From the NCBI GenBank assembly GCA_002633005.1, contig NMRA01000174.1, forward strand, positions 62,001-126,000: a stretch of 64,000 nt of DNA. The letters run 5' to 3'. Below, piece after piece: positions 25,274 to 38,418 of this stretch. The stretch comes from Phoronis australis. Lineage: Eukaryota; Animalia; Phoronida. The position numbers and the translations under genes were made by a program. The number at the start of each line of letters is the position of its first letter. Position 1 is the first letter of the stretch. The notes beneath the pieces were generated by a model that searched no databases, was not told the origin of the DNA, and was given only the letters and a program-made list of their open reading frames with translations.

Positions 25274-26422
25274 CTGAAAAACAAAGATTGCATTAACAAT
25301 AAGTATCAAACAGCTGCCAAGAATCCAGGGCAGATACTCAAATTTTGAGTATAGATATTGGACTCAGGCACTAACCTGATAATGGTATAGTCATTTACCA
25401 ATTTTAAACAGCATACTCTTTCATGAGTAATGTGATCACATTGTCGTAAATAACAAAACTTACACGATTAAGTCTCCCAAATTCAGACATGAACTGATCT
25501 CTTGCAATGAGAAAAAATTATTGACAATGAATCACATACTAAAGTACATATTTTGGGGATAGTTACTTAGAGGTGTCCCGCATTTTGATAACCAGTTTGA
25601 TGCTTGTAATTCAGTGGAGAAAATTGGTTCTCAAATACTACTGCCTATTTTGCTGCATAAGAATTCACACTGCCATAGTAAATGCTATAGTAGTGCTATC
25701 ACAGAGTTGTCAATCAGAGCATTTGTATGGCTTCTCCCTCACAAAATACGATAGTCAAGGGTTTTACTATCTTGTGGCATATTGTAAGCAAATTTAAAGA
25801 ATATTTTCTCTAGCCATGAGGTAGACAAAATTTTTGTTCTTACGTACTGTTTACACCAAAGCAGTTTTAAGTCAGTTTAAAAGATACAACTTTTGATGTG
25901 AACAGTTAAAAACAGCTTATGACTATCTACGAGGTTGTTTTAGTGAACATTTGTTTCGTTTATAACCCAGAGTGAGCAGTCAGTCCAGTTGCCTGGTTAC
26001 AACCCCGGCACATAGAACAAATTCTATGGCACTGGTGACTAAGCAACTAAACCTTAAACTAGGTTACAACAGTTCTAATTTTGAAAAAGTTGTACATCAG
26101 TTAGTGTCTGTCTAATAACTAATAATTATGGCTTCACTCACAAACTTCAAATGATGTCTAATGATTTCCAAATAAGATGGCAGAGGGCAGCACGTGCCAC
26201 ATTTCTTAGTTTCCAGTAAACAGTGCAAGATAGGAATAAACTAAGGCCAAACCTACTGCTCGACAGATACACAAACCTGAATTTTTGATATTTTATTGGA
26301 GACAATCCATTAACCAAGCGTGTTATTTTTTGAGTAAGGGGACATGACTACCATTCTACACACCAAAAATACCATCAAATCAAAAAAGTATTCACTTTAT
26401 CACTACATTTAATCAGTACTAC

Positions 26423-26581
26423 CTCCTCCACCGTCGCTGCTGAATCAAACTGTACATAGCACCAACTGTTGTCTGAGAACCATATTTTGGTGGTGATTAA
26501 CTTCATCACCAACAGGGACTTCATTTCCTCAAGAGACGGTGGATGGCAGCGTTTGCCACACTTCTTGGTTCTCTGCAAACA
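26423..26581 (-). CDS. MyTH4-FERM exon, MyTH4-2 end / FERM2 start
   Basis: CLQRTKKCGKRCHPPSLEEMKSLL...IWFSDNSWCYVQFDSAATVEE; R-x-x-P-P-S-x-x-E MyTH4 motif; donor gtagta is weak. Confidence 0.9.
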
Positions 26582-27247
26582 CTGAAAGGATGGATAAACA
26601 AAAGTTAAACTTTGACAATAACAACTTGGCAAGAATATAAAGAAATAACACATAAATCTGCATTTTAGGTAGAAAGATTTCATTTTTTAATAGTACTATT
26701 TTCTTGTTCAGTATTTAGGAATTGTCCACAAATTTTTCAAATGCACACAAAACACTTTTCATTTTGGTCTTGGATGGGGTTTAACTGGTCCCCATAGTGG
26801 CTTAGAATACTGTGGATGGTTATAAACCATGGAGGTCATTCTCACACAACAGGCCTTTTGAAATTGATATGTAAGGTCAGTGAAAGCAGTTCTTTATGAA
26901 CCTTGCTCTTAAGTCATAAAACTGTCCCAGTTGTCCTGTTTAAGTAAACACAGCTTAACAAAAGGTTTATGGCTGAGAAGGTAATTGTTTTATTACCCCC
27001 TGTGGATTCTGAATAACCAAGCCCTCCAATGTTGATTCTTTTTGGCAGACCCATCCCTCAGCCAAAAATAGTATTTTTTCCAAAAATCATTTTCCTCTCC
27101 CTATATATAATTTCCAACAACATTTTTAAAAAGTTCTAAAAGTGGAATGCCGACTATTGACCCCATAAACCAGCATTCACTTTGTATGCTTTTGAGAATA
27201 TCGATGATTATGACTTCCTTAACATCTCTGCAAGAGCTGAGATTTAC

Positions 27248-27420
27248 CTTAGAACAAAATCTGATAATCTCTCCAATGTCACTGCTCTTGGCTGTGCCGT
27301 GCTTCGCATGTACGAGGTGGTGTTGTAAGTAGGTCAACACCAGAGGTTGTGCTGGCAACACCGTACAACAGAGGAGCACCAGCAGTCTCCAGTGATATAA
27401 ACCGCAGTCAGACTGTGGCT
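27248..27420 (-). CDS. MyTH4-FERM exon, MyTH4-2
   Basis: (E)PQSDCGLYHWRLLVLLCCTVLPAQPLVLTYLQHHL...IIRFCSK|gtaaat. Confidence 0.9.
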
Positions 27421-28161
27421 CTGTAACAACAAATGATTGATAAGTATCACTAGCAAAGCAGGTGTGACTAATTTAGAAATCAAATAACGAACCCTTCACA
27501 GTGGACATGTTCAAGGCTCACTACTCAACATTTTACTGCACAGAAAGGTACTACACTTTAATTGGCTTAGTTGAATCAAGATTGCATTGACAGCAACCCA
27601 TGTAAATTAAAAAGGTCTGATCATATGTGTTCTGTTCATGCCAAAGTGGTTGTAACTTTTAAAATCGATTTTAAGGTTATCATAATCTTAAGTCTGAACA
27701 CTTTAAAATCGGTTTTTAAAGTTATAACTGTAGCACGGTTATAACTGTCTGCAAGGGAGGTTATATCCATTGTAACTCAGCATGAACACAGCAGTTGTAA
27801 AACTTATAAACTGTGTAGGTGGCGCTGCTGTCAAATCTCTTTGGAAACAATGGTGCAGTGAATTGGAAAGCGATAGCACTGATGATCGACCAGCAAATGG
27901 TTAAAACCACAAACTAGGATTACAACAGTTCTTAACTGTCAGAGTGATATTACATAACATTTACAACAATATAAACAGTTACAACCAGATTTAGATTGAC
28001 TAAACACAGCTAATCGTTTCGTATTCTTTACTAAACAACTAACTATAACAGAAGTTGGCCTTGCTGCAACACAAGTGTTCTCTTTATTACTTATAATAAA
28101 CTGTTTTTTAATTTAAGGCACCATCTTAATCAAGGTTTAAATAACCCTTGGCTATACATAC

Positions 28162-28284
28162 CAGGGTGATATGTTGTCTGTCGAATGAGTTGTAGATAAA
28201 GCTCATTACATATGTACTTGTTGTCAAGGCATGAAGCGAGTACCATCTGAATGTTGGCCAGGTGGTCAGAGGACTTTAAAGGAT
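28162..28284 (-). CDS. MyTH4-FERM exon, MyTH4-2
   Basis: PLKSSDHLANIQMVLASCLDNKYICNELYLQLIRQTTYHP; E-L-Y-x-Q-L-I-x-Q-T-T MyTH4 motif. Confidence 0.92.
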
Positions 28285-28561
28285 CTGGAAATCAAACAAT
28301 ACTGGGTATACTTAACAATTGTGAACCATAAAATATCACCACTTCTTCCAAGCCTGAAATTGTGAATCTGAGAATGGCGCACGTACACATTGCATATGGC
28401 TCAAGCTAGTACTGGAAATAGAATACTGTCAACGTAAGGAGTAGCGAAACTCGGATTTTATGAGAGTTAAGTTTTAACTTGATTTTTGTTTTACGTCCAA
28501 CAAAACAGGACAAAATTTATCTTTAATCAAATATCTCTTAATGATGTCAGGTAGCACGTAC

Positions 28562-28758
28562 TTGAGTATGACTGTAAAAATAGGATTGGGTTTAACATCT
28601 TAATGACTTGTTCCTCCTCTTCGTACGTTTTGAAGGCAGTGATAGCCTGAGTGAACGGAGCTTTTGAATGAGTCCAGGCAGATTGGTCAAACACTTTCAT
28701 TGCAGCCTCCACCGAGTGTCTCTGATTCCTGTCAACCTTCATAACTTGTCTGTGAATT
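28562..28758 (-). CDS. MyTH4-FERM exon, linker / MyTH4-2 start
   Basis: IHRQVMKVDRNQRHSVEAAMKVFDQSAWTHSKAPFTQAITAFK...ILFLQSYS, phase 2/1. Confidence 0.8.
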
Positions 28759-30046
28759 CTGAAAAATATAGATATGGTAATTCTTTACTTCTTCAGCACA
28801 CAAAGAAGACGACAAGTGAAATTCTATTTCATCAAACTTTTTTACAAAAAATAAAATGTAAGAACAAGCCAGTCTATTACTATAAGCGTTGTTTGTACTG
28901 TGCAGACATCATACAACAACACTTGGGAAAGTTTCTGCCATTTGCTGCCTTTTATAAATGGAATAAATAATTTTGGCAATTATTTTTGTGCAAAATAAGT
29001 GGAGAATTGTTGTATTATTAACAGAATGCTCTTTCGATTGGACAAATAATGAAATATCTATGCTTACAACATTCTAAAATATGATGGTTTGCCTGGGAAC
29101 TGGTGTTTATCTTATTTCAAGAATCCCAAAATTTGTTTGCAAGTGTGAACAAGTTATGAAAGTGGCACTAAGTTGACTATTGTCACGGCAAAAAATTTTG
29201 TCCAGGTTTGGGACTGAAGGAAACTAGTTGAACAGTTCTAGCACAAATATCGAGGATTTAATGACAAAAAAGACGCAACAAGATGGAGAACATAAAAAAT
29301 TAACTAATCTTTATGTGTTTTGTTGAGGTGTTCAACTTGAGCATATTAGCAGTAGTTGAATGAAAAAAGCTCATAGTCTGTAAGGCATGAAAAAGCTGCA
29401 AAGCAATTCAAGGAGACTGAAGAAATCCATTCATCATTAAAGTCAACTGTGGTAGTTTTCAGAACTCATGTGCCTTGCAAAGAAACTTTGGGAGTCTTGG
29501 AATACACCATGAGTTCCCGGTAAAACCATTTTCCATGACGCAATTCATTTCTTATGACTTTTCTACGACTTTTCTATGCCTTTCCCTTTTTAAAATATTC
29601 ATCTCGAGTCACTTTTCTGAGACATTACCATGAAGAGAAGTTATACAAACAAGATATTTTGCGAAGGGTTTTAGATGAATTTATGAACCTGTACCATGAC
29701 TAAAAATGGCAGTATTTTTCAGATATCCAGCATGAGTTTTTCCTCTCTTTTTGTTTACCACGTCTATTCTATGCAAGGAAATATATTTTGTTACTTCCCA
29801 GTTTTTCTATGACAAGTAAAAGGCATGTTTGCGCAGACAGTAGATGGACTTAAACCCCATAGCAGAGGTTTTTATGCATCTTAAATTTAAAAGTATGACA
29901 CATGCCCACCAAAAACTACGCTATAATACATGAATTGTATCACACATTTTTCCCATCATCATGTTTAGGCAGGAAGTTTCTTCGGGCACCATATAAAGAT
30001 AACACATTCGGAGAGAAGCCATACAAATAGCACATGGTACACAAAC

Positions 30047-30186
30047 CTTCTGAATGCTGACTTCAGGAACTTGCCAGAGCCTGCAGTTGGTGGTCGTTGG
30101 AGTAGACCGGCACACACAAGACTGATACGGCACTCTTCAATACTATCCCTCACTTGGAATAAGTCTACATTCTGGTGGCATATGGG
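30047..30186 (-). CDS. MyTH4-FERM linker exon, copy A
   Basis: tgatag|PICHQNVDLFQVRDSIEECRISLVCAGLLQRPPTAGSGKFLKSAFR(R)|gtttgt, 140 nt; phase 0/2 exactly bridges the flanking exons. Confidence 0.75.
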
Positions 30187-31649
30187 CTATCAAAAAATAA
30201 ACTAAATATCAAAAAGTTTACCAGCAATTGCAGTTCTCTAAAGTAAACAAGGACTCATATTCTCTTCATAGTGCTAGTGGAACAATAGAGCTGTCCGCAG
30301 AAGCGGCATTCGCCAGTCACGTGGGACATTGTTCATGTTGATGAACAGGTTTCACCATAAAGAGTGGGCCTTCATTTTTCTCTGTTAACACAACCGGGTG
30401 AATATCGAATTGACCCTTACATCATAAACCAGAAATTGCAGGTTTTTTACTTTTTGAAATATGTTTCATGTCATAATTCTAGCATATCTCTGAAAATTTT
30501 TAAAAGTTGTTTGTGCATTCATATTAATATTAAGTTTTAAATCAGCATCTGCAATAAAAATCACGTATTATGCCAACATTTTCTTGTCGTATATTTGTTA
30601 AGGGCGAAGTTAAAATCAGCAGAAACTTTGTCTTAAACCATGCTTCCATCAGTGAAAAATTGTTACCAAGTGGCACAAACATGTAATAAGGCAACTCTTA
30701 TGGGAACAGGATTTGCATGTAAGTGGATGAGAAAGCATGCACTGGTTTGCCTCAGAGTATCCAGTGCATTTCTCAGCACATCAAAAGGTTGATGGCACTG
30801 TCATAGAGTGATGTGACCTAGTCACTATTCAAGCCCACTTGACCGAATGTGTATTGGATGAGATAATTGCAGTCATAAACCAACATCCTGTAAATCCTGC
30901 ACAATTCAAAAGTGCGGCCATTTACACTACAAATGTTGAAACCGATGAGCTGACACGGAACCAGTTGTTCCATGTCGTGAACACATCCACTAAAACAAGA
31001 AACTGTAGGAACACCGCATTTATCCACCTTCACTCTTATCAGGCTTCTATTGTGAGTCAGCATGCGTGAATAATTGGCTGATAAGCCACCTCTGGAACTA
31101 CTTTTGGCTGAATGGATGACNAAACCATTTTCCATGACGCAATTCATTTCTTATGACTTTTCTACGACTTTTCTATGCCTTTCCCTTTTTAAAATATTCA
31201 TCTCGAGTCACTTTTCTGAGACATTACCATGAAGAGAAGTTATACAAACAAGATATTTTGCGAAGGGTTGTAGATGAATTTATGAACCTGCATCATGACT
31301 AAAAATGGCAGTATTTTCAGCTATTCAGCATGAGTTTTTCCTCTCTTTTTGTTTACCATGTATATTCCATGCATAGAAATATTTTTTGTTACTTCCCAGT
31401 TTTTCTATGATAAGTTAGAAGCATGTTTGTGCAAAGACAGCAGATGGATTTAAACCCCGTAACAGAGGTTTTTATGCATCTTAAATTTAAAATCATGATA
31501 CATGTACCACAAAAAACTACACTATAATACATGAACTGTATCACACAATTTTTCCCCATCATCATGTTTAGGCAGGAAGTTTCTTTAGGCACCATACAAA
31601 GATAACACATTCGGAGAGAAGCCATACAAATAGCACAGGGTACACAAAC

Positions 31650-31789
31650 CTTCTAAATGCTGACTTCAGGAACTTGCCAGAGCCTGCAGTTGGTGGCCGT
31701 TGGAGTAGACCGGCACACACAAGACTGATACGGCACTCTTCAATACTATCCCTCACTTGGAATAAGTCTACAATCTGGTGGCAGACGGG
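31650..31789 (-). CDS. MyTH4-FERM linker exon, copy B (duplicate)
   Basis: PVCHQIVDLFQVRDSIEECRISLVCAGLLQRPPTAGSGKFLKSAFR(R); same splice sites; 5 nt and 2 aa differ from copy A. Confidence 0.75.
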
Positions 31790-32598
31790 CTATCAAAAAA
31801 TAAAACTCAATATTAAAAAGTTTACTAGCAATTGCAGTTCTCTAAAGTAAAGAAGGACTCATATTCTCTATATAGTGCTAGTGGAACAATGGAGCTGCCT
31901 ACAGAAGTGGCATTAGCCAGTCACGTGGGACATTCTCCATGTTGATGAACAGATTTCACCATAAAGAGTGGGCCTTCATTTTTCTCTGTTAACACAACCG
32001 GGTGAATATCGAATTGACCCTATCATAAACCAGAAATTGCAGGTTTTTCACTTTTTGAAATATGTTTAATGTCATAATTTTGCATATCTCTGAAAATTTT
32101 TTAAAAGTTTTTAATAAATAAGTAAATTTGACTCAGTATGCAAGATCTGAAGATCAGAACTGTTACCCGACAAATTATCGTAAAAATACATCAGTTGCTT
32201 GTGCATTCATATTGATATTAAGTTTTAAATCAACATCTGCAATAAAAATCACGTATTGTGCCAACATATTCTTGTCATATATTTGTTAAAGGCGAAGTTA
32301 AAATCAGCAGAAATTTTGTCTTAAACCATGCTTCCATCAGTGAAAAATTGTTACCAAGTGGCACAAACATGTAATAAGGCAACTCTTATGCGAACAGGAT
32401 TTGCATGTAAGTGGATGAGAAAGCATGCACTGGTTTGCCTCAGAGTATCCAGTGCATTTCTCAGCACATCAAAAGGTTGATGGCACTGTCACAGATTGAT
32501 GTGACCTAGTCACTATTCAAGCCGACTTGACCAAATGTGCATTGGATGAGATAATTACAGTCCTAAACCAATATCCTGTAAATCCTGCACAATTCAAA

Positions 32599-33034
32599 AG
32601 TGCCATTTACACTACAAATGTTGACACCGATCAGCTGACACGGAACCAGTTGTTCCAGCGCAAGTATGAGTGTAAACAGGACTGAACTGGAGCAAATTGA
32701 CACCACGGTGACAACTTTTGCCACCCGTTTGTGAGGTAAAGCAATTTGTGCTAGAACATCTTGCTCCGTGTCAACTATGTGTCTAAGCGCGAAACTGGGG
32801 CAAGGCGGAAAGGATCTGATACATCTCTACTGCGCTTGTGTAATGACCTAAATACAGGTTCTCTGTCTCTTCAACTCCCATCATTTGTAAACCTGTGCAT
32901 GTGTGGTCCACTCTCCAGCCTACAATTTCCGTCTTGCCACAGTTAGTGAGTTGTGTGTGTAAATGGACACTTGACACCGATCAATTTGCTCCGTGTCAGT
33001 TGCGCCGGGCCAAAATTTGATGTCTAAGTGGGAC
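32599..33034 (+). mobile_element. MITE family copy 1 (~430 bp)
   Basis: Termini AGTGCCATTTACAC...GTCTAAGTGGGACT, internal TGACACGGAGCAA-type repeats in both orientations; inverted homologue at 58876-59302. Confidence 0.75.
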
Positions 33035-33351
33035 TAAAGTGAAAAATGAACAATGAATAAGGCAAATGACCAACACAATTGTTTTTAAAATTAAAAAGTA
33101 TATATCAGCCATCTTCAAATTTTAAAAATCGATGCATTATAAGAGAAATTAGCGAAAAGGATTTCTTCAGCAGTGCAGCTAAGCCACGGGTGATAATTTG
33201 TCGATTGATTAAGATGGGTTAGTCACAGTCTGGCTAAACTTGAGCTCCCTTAGACATTAGGGAAACAAAACTCCAAATGTTAGCCAAGGAGTTGCCTCAT
33301 GAACTAAGGAAGAAAACAATCATAAGACAAAAAATGTTATTTTTAACTTAC

Positions 33352-33741
33352 CTTTAAAGACTCAAAGTCACTCACTAAACCAGGTGAATAGTTTTGCACA
33401 GCTGAAATGAACTGTTCCCTATCCTCCAGCTCCAAGAAATGAACTTTGACCCCTTCCATATGGTTTCTTATTTCCATAACGACCTGTCCTTCATTCCATA
33501 GCGATGCAGGTGAGACATTTTCAATGTCATAATAATGATATGAACAGATAATATTGGTGCTTTCTGGCGGGCATAGAACCTTAATGCCAGACCTGTGTAC
33601 AGCTAAAGTCACGTCCTGGGGATCAGGTTTACGAGAGACGCAAGCACTACGTAAGGATACGCTGCCAAACAACGGAATCTCCAGGCAGATGTTGATGTAC
33701 TTTAACATGGCATCTTCGTTTGACAAGTTTTTACCGTGTTT
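33352..33741 (-). CDS. MyTH4-FERM exon, FERM1 F2/F3
   Basis: KHGKNLSNEDAMLKYINICLEIPLFGSV...VTLAVHRSGIKVL...YHYYDI...VSDFESLK|gtaagt, 390 nt. Confidence 0.92.
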
Positions 33742-34874
33742 CTAGAACAAAAGTAAAGTTCTATATTTTGAGAGGGAAACATAGGTTGTAAAACCTTAAA
33801 GTTAAAATCAATACATCAATGAACTTATTTATTTATAAACAGTAACATGAGTTTTAACAACAGGTTAAAACAATTTATACATAACACCCACTCATTGGGC
33901 TTATAAGTTACTGATATCACACTAATAATTTTTTAATGTTTATTACGCAAAATACAATGTACAAAAATAAGAGTTAAGCGCAGAAAGTGCTAGAAAGCAA
34001 AATGGTAAAACTGGGAAAATACACAACTGGCAGTGAAATAAACAATGCATGCTAGCCACATAGTTTTCATCAACATGTTAACTTTGATTTTTTGAGATTA
34101 TCAATGACTTTCATTCACTTATTTAAAGACTATAATTTTAAATTTTCCCCTTCATTTTACTCTTTTATGGAACATAACTGTATACTTACAAATATCAAAA
34201 CCAAACAGTTCTGTTAATTACTGAACTTAAGAAATGCAAACAATCAGTATTTTAACACCATGTGTATCAAAAACTCACGAATATCATGTGACCAACTGTT
34301 GTGTTACCACGGTGCTAGGTGAAGTAGCTGTTTTGGTCAAAGTTCAGACTACACAACATGTGGTCTGACAATTCACCTCTGCCTCAGAATCAATGGGCCT
34401 GGTGGGTTTGTCAATACAAACAGAAACATAAACAAGAACATTGAAATTTCCCTTGCTGTTCAGAGGCTATTTTGCAGATTTTCTGGGGAATCTTACAGTG
34501 TGGCTGTCTTTCCGGTTCAGGAAACTTTCTTCTAAAATATTCATGGCAAGACACAAAAGTCATCCTTTAAAAATAAAACCTTTGCTTGCACACATTTACC
34601 ATAGGAAGACTGGGTGGGAAACCCCAATCAGCATAGGAGAGGCGATGGCACAGCACTCCAGCTGAACACAAAATGGACAACCATTCAACGGAATCAAACA
34701 AACACATGTATAAGTAAGAATTATAAATCTTCTTATACACTGACAACAGAAACAAGGACACATGTAAGTACAATTATTTAGTCTTCTTACAGACCGTATG
34801 TTTGCCACGTCAGTCACGTGACAACACCGACGCAAACAAGCACGTGTATCTTATTACAAAGTATTTCCATTTAC

Positions 34875-34968
34875 CATGTGATATATGGGAAGTTCCCTGT
34901 TGAGATTCTTGTCTTCCATTTTTCTCTGTAGAGATTTTGGGAAGAAATGTTCACAGGCATCTGCATAT
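34875..34968 (-). CDS. MyTH4-FERM exon, FERM1 F2
   Basis: YADACEHFFPKSLQRKMEDKNLNRELPIYHM, phase 2/0. Confidence 0.85.
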
Positions 34969-36627
34969 CTGAATAAGACACAATGAATTGCTAATTAATT
35001 CCATGAAAGAGCAATCACTCACTTTGGGACAGTGTCTAGAATTTTGGACATAAAAACTGTAACCACAGAAATTAAATTTTCTTGATTCTGGAGTTTGGGA
35101 CGAGGCCGATTTTGGCGTTCACCATATTTCTCAAACTTCAGACAATTTGTTTTCAATCTACAGTAAAAAGTGGGTAACAAGCTGCAGCCTTGAGCAAAAT
35201 AATTAATTTTCACAATCCCACATTGGAGAATTTCTAACATAGATTCATTTTAAAAGACGAGCTTAATTTCCCATATATCATAATTTTGTTGTTAATGTTT
35301 GAACAATATACTGTCTCCTACCTGATATTTTCAGAATATGTAACCCAGGGTCGTCTGGTTTGGTAAAATTTCACCAATTTAAGACAATCAGAATATAGCG
35401 GACAGTTGAATTTATACTTGTTCGTTGCTTCATAAGATTTGTAGCGCCAAATCAATGCTCTTGTTATCTTGGAAAATTGATGAGATTTCACCATGATAGT
35501 AATATCCCAATAACATGCATTACAACAGTGTATCAAGTGGTCTTGTCAGTCAAGACCAGTCGATCACCTGCAGCTTCACTGTTCCATACTTTATGCAGCA
35601 AACGTGGAGAACATAGGATTAACTTTGAAAAAATGATATACTTATCATTACCACAGAAAAAATAACACACTTATTTTTTTAAATCTTCACAATTAAAATA
35701 GTATTGGCTATAAATACCTTTGGTCTTTTACCTTTAGAACATAAGTCATTTGTTTTAAACTATCACATGTTCCATAAACTTCCAGTATTATTTTGGATCT
35801 GGGAGTGATATAATACAATGGCCCCAGTTTTGGATTACGGTAAAAATTTTCCAGTTTGGGACAATGAAAAATTAAATTTTGCTAAAAGCGAAAGGTAGTG
35901 ACAAATTTTAGAAATAGGCAATGTTGGTTGTCCAAAATTCCAGAATTACGAGAAAGACGAATTTTGAATCGGCAGCTATTTGTGATGAGTTTATCTTGGA
36001 TTTTGTTCACACAAAATACTATATCTGATGTTTGTGAAATATGATGAATGCTAAAATTACATATGTCCCAATATTGAGAATCAAGAAAATTCAATTTAAT
36101 GGCTTGGATTTCAGTGTCACAAAATTTTGGAGACTGTCCTAACCAGAGAAATTTTACCCTAAGTATATTGAAAATAATTATGCGAAAACCAGTCTAGTGG
36201 TAATACAGATTTTACATTCGGACAATGTGGCTCCCATTAAGGTGTAGACTTTCTTTGTTATGCATTTATACAGCAGACTTACAATTAAAAACAAGTACAT
36301 ATAACTCCACTATACAGATTTTCACCGAATACAAAAACCACACAACAATTTTATTTTAGTAATCAAATTTCCTGTTGCCACAAACTACAATAAAAAACAG
36401 TTACATGACTTTTAAATATAAACTTTTCACGACATTGGTGCTGTTTTTCATTATATTTGTAATGCCCTCTATAAAATACAGTCTTAACTGAGGAATAAGA
36501 CTATTACTAACTGAAACTTAAAAACATCGACTTTTATGGATGGGTGAAGGAAGCTATTTCCAGATGTAAACAAATGTGTAATAGCATGATCTTACCTAAC
36601 AGTGAAGCACTAAAAAATTTACTTCAC

Positions 36628-36725
36628 CTGAGGTCTTCGTTTGCATCATGTGGGCCCCAGGTGACTTGAGCCTGCAGTCCTGCTAGCTGTTGAGCGATGG
36701 ACAAACTAATATCGTAGCAATCCAT
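36628..36725 (-). CDS. MyTH4-FERM exon, FERM1 F2
   Basis: MDCYDISLSIAQQLAGLQAQVTWGPHDANEDL(R); LAGLQAQV motif. Confidence 0.92.
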
Positions 36726-37560
36726 CTGGTTAATGATAGACAAAAGATTAAATAAGACAAATAGTAGTTTCATTATTTGCTGACTCTGAATCACTTATCA
36801 TTGCACTTCCTTTAGGGCACTTCTGTACCTGTGGCTTAACAATGGTGCAAACATAGACAAGCACATACTGGAGTTTTCTGCAGACAAACAAGGAGCATGA
36901 CAAACAAGGAGCATGTATTTACGAAATATCAGTTTAGGGACCAAAAGCCAAATCCCAATATACGAACGAGCATGACGAATAATACATTTGGATGTATCTA
37001 CAGCTGATGTACAATTGTTGTTAAAAAATCACTTAAGTTGCAGTTTTAGTGTCCATTTCCATGAGAAAAGCTTTAGGATTCAACCAACCCCATGGGCATG
37101 CCTGTGACAACTTTTCCTTATTTACGTCCACTTTGTGTATCTTAAGATGAACCGGCCTACAGAAACAAGTTACTGTAACAATTGACAGTAAAATCTCACT
37201 GACTTGGGACACATGGCAGACAAGTAAAATGACGTGTTTTCCATGAAAGATATGCAGCACAAAAATAAACTGTTTTCCGCGTTCAAGTCTTGTTCTACAG
37301 CTACCATCAGACACTGTTTTGAAAAAATGTGGGCATTCACAACATTGTTATACAGAACGTGGCAGACACCACAGATTTTCCACTTTATTCATAAAAGACA
37401 AGTCAAGACAGTTAAAGGCTTTATCAGTTTTAGCTTGCATGTCATGAGCTCAAATGGGACAATATTCTTGAGAAAACTGTTTGTATTGTCAATGATTGAG
37501 ACCTCAAGACATCAGGTTTTCGTTTGACAATGGAAGACTTTCAAATAGCAACCTGGCAAC

Positions 37561-37762
37561 TGGTCACGTGGGACCAGATACCAGTAGCCTCTAGAATACG
37601 AGAAGGTATTTTATAACTTTTGCTTAAAACACATTCTGTGCAATCACAAACACTATAAAATGGTCTTTTCACAAAGTCAAACTGTTGCCCTGTGCACTGT
37701 GAAGACAAAGTAACTCTTGGTTGAGCTAGGCGGCACTATGAGTCACTGGTCCCACGTGATCA
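37561..37762. mobile_element. Short TIR element
   Basis: TGGTCACGTGGGACCAG...CTGGTCCCACGTGATCA. Confidence 0.55.
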
Positions 37763-38048
37763 ACCCCCATTGCTTCCCATTACCCCCAAATATGGATGAC
37801 ACCTACCCTTCCTGGCTTCACTGCATAGAAAAACGTAGTTCCATTCAGGCACTAAACAAAACAGAGTTGTAATAAAATGTAATCTAATGATAATCCTGCC
37901 ATGCCTTCAGCGCACAAAATACAATACTTCTCACAAAGAATAACAAACCCTGCAATCCCAGTGGGAGCATTGCCTAAAAATTTGTCCCTCACCCTAAGCC
38001 CTCTCCAATGTACTCAGTAAATCGACAAAATTTGACATCAAAGCGTAC

Positions 38049-38418
38049 CTCTGTTACAGAGTGCACCGCTTGATGATAGAGCAGATGTACAGCAACAGGA
38101 TCACGGAGGTCACTATCGTTGATAAACCTCTTTCTCAACATGAATCGTGATGTCGGTACGTTGTTGTTGGTGCTGCCCATGCCAGAGTGCCTGATGGCAG
38201 CCTTCAAGATGCTGGTAGAATTCAATGAAGAATGACTGCTTCCTGGTTCCATGTGCTTGAACATTCCCATGCTGAGAGCAGAAAATTTCTGTTTTGTGGG
38301 AGTAAGCATGTCGTTGGTGGTCGACTGTCGACGTGAGTCTGTCTTCGGAGAGTTATACTTGAAGAGATGTAGCGGTGATCCAGATGTGGACCTACTTCTC
38401 GGCTGTGCTTTTGGACAT
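38049..38418 (-). CDS. MyTH4-FERM exon, FERM1 F1 with long Ser/Thr-rich loop
   Basis: CPKAQPRSRSTSGSP...RFMLRKRFINDSDLRDPVAVHLLYHQAVHSVTE|gtacgc, 370 nt, phase 2/0. Confidence 0.85.

Larger units (their letters stand above)
29523..32657. repeat. ~1.5-kb tandem duplication (29523-30972 vs 31122-32657) split by N at 31121
   Basis: The two copies align with scattered SNPs and an ~85-bp insertion in copy B (~32110-32195). Confidence 0.92.

Noticed and set aside
26175-27830. CTCF-like motifs (CAGAGGGCAGCA ~26181; TAGGTGGCGCTG ~27817, also ~54413)
   Set aside because: Short partial matches, at least some within repeat-like sequence; not distinguishable from chance without ChIP data.
32761-32946. 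Apparently conserved peptide LRVNY.SKR.TGARRKGS, also in ORF 58884-59159
   Set aside because: Both lie in copies of the same MITE; the similarity is nucleotide-level with indels, with no sign of coding constraint.
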